Assembly: GCA_004431415.1 (NCBI GenBank)
Contig: QPMI01000477.1
Span: 124,001 to 188,000 of the forward strand
Length of the DNA: 64,000 bases
Direction of reading: 5' to 3'
DNA from: Cyanophora paradoxa CCMP329
Lineage: Eukaryota > Plantae > Glaucophyta
The notes beneath the pieces are model-generated. The model was not told the origin of the DNA. It was given only the letters and a program-made list of their open reading frames with translations, and did not search any database. The position numbers and the translations under genes were made by a program. Shown in pieces: positions 47,908 to 57,732 of the stretch. Numbering within the stretch: position 1 is the first letter of the stretch; the number at the start of each line of letters is the position of its first letter.

Positions 47908-49007
47908 CTAGTGTATCTTGATCGCGGTCAAGTTTGCGGGGGCCTTTGCCCTGCGGGGCGCGCGAGCTCGAGCTAGTAAGTGAATGCTCGCATGCATACG
48001 ACTAGTAGAACTCAGAACGACGCGAACGCCAGCGCCTCACCCGGAGTCCCTTGCTACAGGAGCACTTGCAGAGCGAAGCTTAAGCTGCGTCTGCGGCGTA
48101 GAGCGCTTTAGCATGCGTGCGCGCGCTCGCTTCAAATTTTGACCGGACCGGTGCCGCGCCGGCGCCAGTGAGCTGGGCCCGCGTGCTTGAGAAGAGAAGT
48201 GCTGAAGGATTCGCCGTCGATCTGCGCGGTCGCGCGTGAGGGCCGTGCGGTCGAGAGCCAGGAGAATGCTCGCCACGCGAACCGGGAAAGGGCGTCGACT
48301 TCGTGGCTAGTTAGAAATACGGTGCGCTAATCTCCGCGCTCTGCCGACCGCGCTGCAGTTGCAGTTCAATTGCAGCGGTGCGCTGGCGCCGAACACTACG
48401 GTTGTACCCGGGCAGAGTGATGCAGCTGTACCCCAACTAGCTGCGATCAAAAAGCAAGCCGCTCACTCGGCACACAAGCTGCGCGCGGCAAGCTGCCGGC
48501 AAAGCATGCAGGTGCGCTCCGGAGCTCAGGCGCGGCCGTGTCGACAGGTACCGAGAGCGCGATTTCAACCTATATATAGCTAGGCCTCTGCAGCGGCCGC
48601 GGCAGCGGCTGCGTACGCGTGCGCACGCGTCGCGCTCGCCCTCGCCGCCGCCTTTCTGTGCAGCTGCGTCTTCGACGGCGCCGAGTGAGCTCGAGGGCCG
48701 GGGGACGACGGCGCCTGCGCCGCCGTGCACGTGGCCATGGGCACCGCCGTCCTCGACAGACCAGCTCGCACCTACGACCGGCTCGGCCCCAGAAGGACTC
48801 AGCCCCGGCTCGAACCCGCACTAAGCGGGGCCGCCGGTCTGCCCGCGCGCGGGCCGGAGCCTCCTCTATAGCTAGCTAGACCTCGAGCGCTAGCCCCGAC
48901 CACGTGCACCCACCCAATTGCAACCTTCGTTTGTGCTTCTGTTAAAAAAGTAGAATCAAAAAGTTCGCTTGCTCAGGAGCTAAATTCGCGGCGCCAGCTC
49001 GCTTCGG

Positions 49008-49725
49008 TCACGGGGCGTGCGCGAGCGCCGGGCCCGGGGGGCGGCCCTCGGCCTCGCGGAGGCGGGCCTCGAGGAGCTCCTTCTCGGCCCGCAAGTCGAA
49101 GTAGGCGCGCTTCACGTTCTCGTACTTCTCCAGCGGCACCTGCGGCCGCCTTGAATCAAGGGGCGCCCGCGATGGCGCGCTCCGCTGCGAGCCGCGGTGT
49201 CGGACGCACGGTCTTGTGGTCCTGCTGGAGCGGGGCCGCCTGAAGCTGCGCGCGCGGGTCCGTGTCCGGGTCAGCTGCAGGCGCAGGCGCAGGCGGGGCG
49301 GCGCGGGGGCACGCGCGCCGCACCTTCGAAGCGAGCTCGTCCGCCCGCCGGCGCTCCGCCGCCGCCGCCTCCTGCGCCTACCGCAGGCCGCACGCGTTAC
49401 TCGCAAGGTGCAGCCGGCGCAGCGCGAAAATCGCTGGGAAAACCGCTCACCCGGGCGGCGGCGGCGCGGGCCTCCTGCAGCTTCTCCGCGAGCTCGGCCA
49501 GCAGAGCCGCAGCCTCGCCCCGATCCGCCGCGATCGCTTCGACCTGCGCAGGCAGCCAAGGTAATTTTTATGAGGAGTAACTAAAAGAGACAGGCCTCGG
49601 GCGTCGCACCGCCCTCCGCAGAGCCTCGGCTCCTGAAGGGCCGCCCGCGGGCCTGCGCGCGATCTCAGGCCGGGGAGGGCGCGCCGTTCTCGGTTCACGC
49701 GGAGCGCGCGCACGCTCCGGCCGAC

Positions 49726-49756
<31 letters not shown>

Positions 49757-52214
49757 GCCGCCCGAGCAGGGCCCGGGCCGCCCGCATCGCCGCCGGGAGG
49801 GCGTCCTCTCGGCCCGGGCCCCGCCAGAGCGACAGCGAGAGCCCCCGCCTCGGCCTGCGGAGCGGGCTCACCCCGCCGCCCTCCGGCTCCTCCCGCTGCG
49901 CCCCGGAGGACCCCGCGCCGCCCTCATGCGGCGACGCCGCCCGCGCCGCGGGCTGGGGCGTGAGGGCCATCGGAGAGGCCGGGGGCCCCTCGGGCGCGCT
50001 GGGGGGGCCGGGCCCGGGGCGCCGTCGCCGGCCCGCTGCTGGAGCTGGCGGGAGGGGGCGAGGGCGGGCGGCCCCGGGGCTCTCCGGCCGGGCCCTCGGG
50101 CTCCCGCTCCCGCCCCCTCGGCCCGCTCGGCCCGGCCCGGCCCCGGCTTCTGCCGGCGCTCCCGCTGCGGCTGCGGCTGCGGCTGCGACGCCGGCCGTCC
50201 CGCGGCCGCTTGCGATCCCGGCTGCGGCTCCGGCTCCGGCTGCGGCTGCGGCTCCGGCTCCGGCGGGTCCGGTCCCGGTCCCGAGTCCGGGGCTCCGGCG
50301 CTTGCGGGCTGTGCTCCGGCGTGGGGCTGCGCTCGCGGCCGCCCTGCTTCTGCCACCTGCGGCGCCTCAGAGGACGACGGGCGCGGGCGCTCGCGGCGGC
50401 GGCGCACTCCTCCTCAATGCCCTCCACGCGCTCGTACGCCTCGTTTCTGAGTCCGGGGTTGCCCTGCGAAAGCCGCCGGGTCACGAGGGCGCGGGCGGGA
50501 AGCGGAGGGTGTGGTGGCACACCCCCTTGCGGTCCTCCCTCGCGATGCCGTGGCGGCGCCCCTCGTCGAACACGACCTTCCACCGCTGCGAACCGAATCG
50601 TTCGGCAAGGGCGCGCGCGGGGGCGGGGGCTCGAGGGGCGGGGGCGGGGGCGGGGGCCGCGGCTCGCCTTGACGAGCCGTGCGGCGTCCTCGGCGCGGCG
50701 GAAGAGGACGAGGAGCGACACGAGATCGGAGGGGGAGCCCTTGGCCCGCATCCCCTCCACCGCCTCGAGGGGCCCGTACCTGGCGAGGCGCGCGTGGGCG
50801 TGCGGCAGGGGCGCGGAGGGGCCTGGAGCGGGGGAGGGGAGAGAGGGAGAGGGGGTACCGCACCGCCTGCAGACGAGAGCGATCTCGCGGAGGCAGCGGG
50901 CCGGCACGTCGACGATCCCGCGCTGCCCCTCCACCACGAAGTTCCCGATCCAGACCAGCCGCCCGCCGAAGCTGCCCCCGGAGCCCGAGTCGCCGGCCGG
51001 CTCCGCGGGCGGCTGCCCGTGGGCGCTCGGGTGCCCGGCGGATCCGCTCGGAAGGGCGGAGGGCTCCCAGGACCCCCGGGGCCGAAAGCCGGCCTGCGGA
51101 GGGGGCGGGTAGTCGGGCCGGGCGGGGGCGGGGTCCTCCGGGGGGCGGGGCGCGCACGAGGGCGCGCTCGTGCGGCGTGCGCGTCATGACCCAGAAGGAC
51201 GAGGATCCGATCCGGAGGGAGATCGACTCCGTCTTCCCCGGCCTGGATCGGTCAGGGGCGGGACCAGGCGCGGCCGGCGCCGGGCGGAGCGGTGCACGTG
51301 CGCACCAGGGGCGGCGCATGAGCATCAGCGCGTGGGAGCCGCTCTTCCCCAGCTGGACGTCCTCCACCTCCCCGATCCTGCCCGAGGCGCGCGTCATGAC
51401 ATCGATGAGCTGGCCCGGGGCGGCGGGGCCCAGGGGCGCGCGCGCACCCCGCGCGGTTCAGCGCGTCGAGGAGCTCCCGCTCCGTGAACGTCCTCGCGGC
51501 CCAGAAGCCGATCCAGACGAGGCGCTCGCGCAGGCTTTCCCGCGGGCGCGCCTCGCCCTCCCGCGCGTCGCCCCCCGGGGCCTCCCGCGGCCACTGGACC
51601 TGCGCATGCGCGCTAGTTTCTACGGGCACCACACGCGCCGCGCGAGCAAGCTGCGGCGAACCTTCCCTTGCGGCTGCGCATCGCCGTCAACCGCCAGGCT
51701 GGCGCGCAGCGCGACGTCGCATCCCTGCACGGCACGGCGCCGGCGCGCGTTATTAAGCGCCGGGCGGTCGCTCCTGGAAAGCGGACGATGCGCACGTTCA
51801 GCTTGCTGCGCTCAATCTGACGCCTGCGCGAGGAACGCGTACGGTTAACCAGGACGAATCTGGACGGAGCGATAGCGCCTGGCGCGCAGCGCAGCGCGGC
51901 GGCGGCTGTTCTTACGGTACCTGGCTTCCGCTGCCGTGTCTGCGTCTTTGAAATGCATCTTGATACAAGTCCAGTCACTGCGCGGTTTCCGTTCACTCGC
52001 CGGTCGGGTTCGCGCGGGAAACCTGAACTCGCACCTGTCATACTCCTCGCTCACGGGCTCAAACTTCTGTCTCAGCTCGCCTCGCAGCGTTGACAGGTCC
52101 ACCTGCGCAGTGTGCAAGCGGTGCGCAGTGCAAGCTTCAGCGGGGGCAGCGAGCGGCCGAGCGGAGCACGCGCACCTGAGCCGATGGAGGCCATTCGACC
52201 ACAACAGAGCTCAT
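49008..52214 (-). CDS. SR-like paralog C: degenerate N-terminal RRM-like segment, 2 divergent RRMs, RS domain, coiled coil
   Basis: In-frame exon chain from ATG 52214: MSSVVVEWPPSAQ/VDLSTLRGELRQKFE../DWTCIKMHFKDADTAAEA... Then ERLVWIGFWAARTFTERELLDALNRAG/..IGEVEDVQLGKSGSHALMLMRRPW and RLVWIGNFVVEG..EIALVCRR/YGPLEAVEG..LVLFRRAEDAARLVK. RS tract at about 50160-50290. Tail VPLEKYENVKRAYFDLRAEKELLEARLRE..* at 49008. Confidence 0.72.
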
Positions 52215-52478
52215 CGCACCGCGCGCCGCTTCAAGTTGACCAGTTCTTATGGTTTTTTTTCAACGAAACACGTACCCAGGCGCATCGCTGCGGATCGCTT
52301 TGCGCACCCGCACCAGCGCGCGCTGCAGAGTTGACATTCTGACGGTAAGCACCTGTGTTCGTGCGAAGCGCCCCGGGCACGTTAGAGCCGCGCACAGCGC
52401 GCGCAGCAGCGCTTGCAATCGCTGGCGCCGCGCCGCGCCTGATCATGACGCCGCGCCTGATCATGATCGATAATAGAC

Positions 52479-55400
52479 ATGTCAAAGAAGAGCTCGAGCA
52501 CGTGCAACAGCGACGACGCGCGACCGCGCCCGGCGCCGGCGCTGCGGAAGCATGCGCAGCAGGTTCGTATTCGCATGCGCAGCTGTAGCAGCGCGTTTTT
52601 TCAACGTTGCAAATTGAACGATCCTCCGCTGCCGCCACACATATACAGTTCGAAAGCGGGCTTGATATCGATCATGAGGAAGAGACACAAGAATTCGAAA
52701 GCCTGCGCGAGCGCCTCGTCTGGATCGGCTTCTGGGCCGCGAGGACGTTCACGGAGCGGGAGCTCCTCGACGCGCTGAGCCGCGCGGGGTGCGCGCGCGC
52801 CCCTTAGCCTCGCCGCCCCACCTTCCGCACCCGTGGCCAGCTGCAGCTGACGCGCGCCTCGGGCAGGATCGGGGAGGTGGAGGACGTCCAGATGTCGAAG
52901 AGCGGCTCCCACGCGCTGATGCTCATGCGCCGCCCCTGGCGCGCACCGCGCCGCCCGGCCCGGTCCGGCGAAGGTTGCGACTCGAAGCGTTTTCGATCAT
53001 TAATTAACGTCGAACCGCGGTATCGATAGCGATCGATATTAATATTCATCTTTACATTCATGATCATACACCCCCGCAGGCCGGAGAAGGTCTGCTCCTT
53101 CAGCTTTCGATTCGGATCCATGACCTTTGAGGTCAAGGCGCGCCCTCCGCGCGAAGACGTCGCCGTGCGCATGCGTCCTGCGATTCCCTCTCGCTCTAGC
53201 TAAATATGGGCCTCTTTATAACCCGACCCCGACGTCGATGTCGGTCTCGCCCGTTTCCAAATCCGCGCAGCTCGAATTCCGTCCTCGGACAAGGTCACCC
53301 GCGGCCGGCTCCAGCAAGCACGGGGACAGGGGCAGCTGCAGCGTGAGCTCCTCTGGCCAGCTGCAGGAAGCAGGCAAGCTCTGCGAATCCAAGAAGGCGA
53401 AGCATGCGCGTCTGGTTTGGATAGGGCACTTCGTCGTAGACGGGAGGCGCGGGCCGGTCGCCGCCGCTTCTCTCCGCGAGATCGCCGTCGTCTGCAGGCG
53501 GTCCGGCCCCGCACACGCAGCCATACGCTCCCCCCCGCGCCTCGCCTCTCTAGATCTGAGCCGGCCCCTGGCGCCCGGATCCTCCTCCCTCCAGATACGG
53601 CCCCCTCGAGGCGGTGCAGGGGATGTGGGTGAGGGGCAATGAGGCGGAGATCACCGCGGCCCTCGTCCTCTTCCGCCGTGCCGAGGACGCCGCGCGGATC
53701 AGACGGGTGCGCTTCTAATATATATAATTTGCGCTCTCTGCGTGCACGAGCGATTTTGCGAGCGATCTTGCGAATTTTTTATTATGATCAAATTAAACGC
53801 GATTGTGTTCGCGTTAAAATATTCACAGGACTCGGAGGTTGCGTTCGGCGGGGGCCGTGGCCACTTCGTCGCGAGGGAGGACCGCAGAGAGGTCCGTAGT
53901 ACTCCGTACGCGCGCCTCGAGCTCCGAATATATGTGTATCAATATCAATTTAATAAAACCGGATCGCGGACTTGAGCTCCGAACCCCGGCCCCGTGGCCG
54001 GCCAAGCGGGCCTCGGCCTACCCCGGCCCCGTGGCCTTGCGCTCCCGCGATTGTTTGAATATTAATTCAGTATTCGCAGGGGGACTTTGTCTTCAGCAAG
54101 ATCGCGTACGAGGGCCTGGACGAGATCGACGAACAGTGCGCGTCTGCATCCCGCAACGCTCGCGACGTCTTGCGCACAGCTGAAGACGTCCGGATCCGCG
54201 CCGTGCCCCGGAAGGTGGCGGAGGGAGCTCGAGCTGGAGGGATCCGCGGCCGGGGGCCGAAATCTGCAGAACGCTGACCTGACGTCGACGTCGACGTCGA
54301 CTTCGACGCCGGCGCCATCGCATGCACAGCTGCAGGCGACGTCGGCCGCTACTAAAACTCCTGATCGCGATCGCGAGCGTGGCGCCGGCGATCCCTCCGG
54401 CCCGAGCGCGAGCGTGAGCTCGAGCTCGCAGACTTCCGGGGGGCAAGGGATCCGGAGCAGCGACATGGGCAAGCGTCTGGTCTGGATCGGGAGCTTCTCT
54501 GTCGACGGGCGATTCCGTCCGGCCCCAGCCTCCTCGATCCGCGATCTCGCCCTCGCCTGCAGGCGGTTTGCAATCTGCGTCGAGTTCTCTGCCGATTAGT
54601 TCAATCCGCGCATCTCACCTCGAGCCCTCCGACGTCGACGCCGCTTACATCAGATTCGGTCCCCTGGAGGCGATCGAGGGGGCGCGATCGCGCGCCAGGG
54701 GCAACCCGTCGGCGTCCAGATCTGAGATGGCAGCCGCCGCCGTTCTCTTCCGAAGGGCGGAGGACGCTGCCCGGCTTCTGCAGGTGTCCATTCAGCGGTT
54801 TCAGTTTTTAAATAAACTATAAATTGATCAAACCCTTATTCTGCAGCACTATCTAGAGAACTGCGGCTGACAGGCGTGCGCCTGCCGCATGCGCAGAATC
54901 CGCATGTTAAATTCGATTTCGAAGAGGGCCGCTGTGAAGGTCTTGCTCGGGGGGATCGCAGGGCGGTCCGCGCCTCTTTTATCTCTGGCCTTCGAAATCG
55001 AATATATATAGGATTTGTCGCCATCTACATTTGGGGTTTTATGGTGATCATGATCGACTGTTCTCCCAGGCGTTTTCGAGTTTCGAATTCAGCGAAAGTG
55101 CCTTCAGATTTGCACAGGAGGTCGAGGACGAACGCGAGTGCGCTGCTTCGTCCCTCGCGCATACGCATTCGAAGCTTATAATAAAAGTTAGACAAATCTC
55201 GATCGCGAATTGATCATGAGCTTGACGACGCACGGTAGGTGGCGAAGGTCGACGTCGAGGGGTAGGAAGCGGAGCCCGCCGGCCCCTGGAATTCGAGACG
55301 TCGACCGGAGAGACGTCGACCGGATCCGGAGTTCTACGAATACTCCTTCCGGTCGCAGCCGCAGCCGCAGCCGCAGCCGCAGCCACAGTCGAAAGACTAA

Positions 55401-56915
55401 ACGTTCGCGGCGCAGCCGCAGCCGCAGCCGCAGCCGCAGCCGCTCCCGCACCCGCCCTGTATCGAGGAGCCGGTCGCGGGTCCAGCGCGCCGAGCCAGCT
55501 AGCGCTGCCAGCGCTGTTAATATTGCAAGCGACGCTGACAGCGCTAGCGGCGCCCAGGGAGATCTAGACGCGCCCTCTCGCGACCATGGCCCCGTCGCGC
55601 CCCAGCGCCTATCGTTCTCCGAGACGCAGGGGCCAGCCTCCCCGCTCGGCTCGCCCGTGGCCCGTGCGATTTCTCCGGATCCGCCTGCACAGCCGGGCGA
55701 CACCGATGCCGCGACCGGCGTCGATATTGATGCCGTGGATGGCGACTTGTACGGCCGCGGCAGCTCGCTCTCGGATCTGCAGCGGGGCTCGAGCCAGCTG
55801 CAGGGGGCATCGGTGCCGATATCGGCGTCGATCTCCACGTCGCTCCAGGCGGCCGCGGGCGCGCAGGAGACTCTGGCGGCGGTCCTCGGCAGGGCACACG
55901 CGCTGCTCGGGACGCCTGCAGCTGCAGCTGCTCCGGTCGCAATCGCTTCCACCTCGAGCTCGTGCGCGGATTCAATTAATATTATAGTTTGATGCCTCTC
56001 TTGGGGAATTCGAAGGCACATTTTGCGGCCAATATCCCTTCCAGGATTTCGACATCGATGGCGGGCGGACCTCACGGACCTGCGCATGCAGCTGCAGCTG
56101 GACTCGCCATCGACGGCGCCGCGGCCTCGCTGCGCCGAGCGGTGCGAGCTGCGCAGCTTTAGATTTTACACGCACAGCGGATCTGGCTGTGGGGCATCGC
56201 GATCGCAGTTTAATTTAATTTGTTGCACTGCCGAATTTGAACCGAGGGCGCTCCGGATCCAGGCGCAGGAGATGGACGCCGTGGAGGAGCGGGGCGGGGC
56301 GGGCTCGGCGGCCCTGCTCGAGGCGGGCGCCCTGGTTGCCGGCCTGCTCGAGCAGCTCGACCACGCCCGCGCCGCCGCCGCCCGAGTGCGCGCCCGCGCT
56401 CGACTTGCTTGCTTTAAATTTAATTTTGCGCGAACGCGGGAATATCTAATCGAACATAGAAGAGCCGCGTCGAATTTGATTGCCTTCAATCTGAATAGTT
56501 CTTGCAGGGGGAGCAGGAGGCCGCGTCCGAGCGGCAGCGGGCCAACGACCTCGACTTGCAGGTGCCCGGGAGCCCGCTTCACCCCCGCCCCCGCCCCGCG
56601 GCCGCCTCCGCCGCGCCCTCGCGACCGCCGGGGCGCGCAGCTGCAGGTGGCGACGGCATCCCTCCAGCGGGACCAGAGCTCGCAGTCGGTGCGGCGCCGG
56701 CGCCGGCGCAGATCCTCGAGGTCTACTAGGCTAGATCTCAACGCGAGCGAGACTCAAGCTTATGTTGACGGCAGGTGCCGCTGGAGAAGTACGAGGGCGT
56801 GAAGAGCGCGTACTTCAAGGTGCGAGAGGAGCGGGACCGGCTCGAGGCGGAGAAGGCCCGCCTGGAGACGGAGCTCGAGACGGAGCTCGGCCACACCCCC
56901 CGGCCGGGCCCGTAG
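52479..56915 (+). CDS. SR-like paralog D (inverted): 3 divergent RRMs, RS domain, coiled coil
   Basis: ATG 52479 MSKKSSST..HAQQ/FESGLD..ERLVWIGFWAARTFTERELLDALSRAG. The second unit RLVWIGHFVVDG (about 53410) and third unit RLVWIGSFSVDG (about 54473) are each followed by [YF]GPLEA..VLFRRAEDAAR. RS tract at about 55350-55480. Tail VPLEKYEGVKSAYFKVREERDRLEAEKARLETELE..* at 56915. Confidence 0.7.
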
Positions 56916-57075
56916 GCCGGCGCCACGCGCTCCGCGGCCGCTGCCTCGTATCGTACTGTACATATGCATGCACGTATACGTATAAGTATTGTAGCCTGCA
57001 GTGATCGGCACATGCCGCAGGCAGCTGCAGCTGCAGCTGCAGCTGCAGCAGCCTGCAGCTGATCCAGATCGAAAC

Positions 57076-57277
57076 GACTTTGTGTAGCGGCCTCAAGTGC
57101 CTTCGCTTCAAAAAGCGTCAAATTCGGAATTTCAAGTTTCTCAGCAAAATATTCGAATTCATTCAGAGGGAGGCTGGCCATGGCAAAGGACTTTGTAGCG
57201 GCTTCAAGTGCCTTCGGATTCGCTTGAAAAAGCTTCAAGTTCCTGAGCAAATAGAATATTCGGATTCATTCAGAGGC
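57076..57277 (+). repeat. Diverged direct repeat, two copies about 110 bp apart
   Basis: TGTAGCGG[C/T]..CAAGTGCCTTCG...TTCAAGTT.CT.AGCAAA...ATATTCG.ATTCATTCAGAGG occurs at about 57083-57169 and 57194-57277. Confidence 0.8.
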
Positions 57278-57462
57278 CACAAAAGGGTACCCCCCGTCCC
57301 CCCCCCCCCCTTCCTTCCGCAGGCGGTCGACGGCGAGGGCGAGTTGGCGGTGGAGGGTGGGGCGGGGGCGGGCGCGGAGGGGTACGGGGCTGAGGCGGCC
57401 TTCGGCGCGGACGGCCTCGCCGCCGCCGCCGCCTTTGCCTCCGAGCACCTGTCAAGCTATGA

Positions 57463-57561
57463 CAAGCTCCTGGCGCGCGCGGGCCCGAGCCCTCGGAGCT
57501 TGACATACATAAGAGCTTGACATATGCCCTCAGAGGAGGGCCCGCGCGCGCCAGGAGCTTG
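57463..57561. repeat. Perfect 24-bp inverted repeat with a 51-bp spacer containing GAGCTTGAC direct repeats
   Basis: CAAGCTCCTGGCGCGCGCGGGCCC (57463-57486) and its exact reverse complement (57538-57561). Confidence 0.9.
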
Positions 57562-57732
57562 ACGTATATAAGCTAGATACACGTCATAGCTACTGGGCTT
57601 CCGCTCCGCTCTGGCGGAACTCGGCCTTATCTACATAACTACTAATACTACGAAATCAATGAACCGATCGATGGCCGTGCACGCCCCGCGCACCTCCGGC
57701 GCACGCCGGCGCCGGCGGGGACGGGGCCGGGG

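Larger units (their letters stand above)
40674..48440. repeat. Tandem segmental duplication: unit A about 40.7-44.6 kb, unit B about 45.0-48.4 kb, including upstream DNA
   Basis: Near-identical blocks in exons (42942-43049 vs 47081-47168) and in non-coding upstream DNA (GCTTAAGCTGCGTCTGCGGCGTAG at about 44158 and 48078; ATTCGCCGTCGATCTGCGCGGTCGCGCGTGA at about 44312 and 48209). Confidence 0.9.

Noticed and set aside
48440-48950. Short ORFs between paralogs B and C
   Set aside because: No splice-consistent exon chain or recognisable motif; this is likely upstream or 3' flanking DNA.
40674-56915. Paralog cluster as transposable-element copies or LINE ORF1-like genes
   Set aside because: No transposase, RT, endonuclease, TIR/LTR or poly(A) tail is seen. 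The copies contain spliceosomal introns, and the coiled coil is C-terminal rather than before the RRM as in L1 ORF1p.
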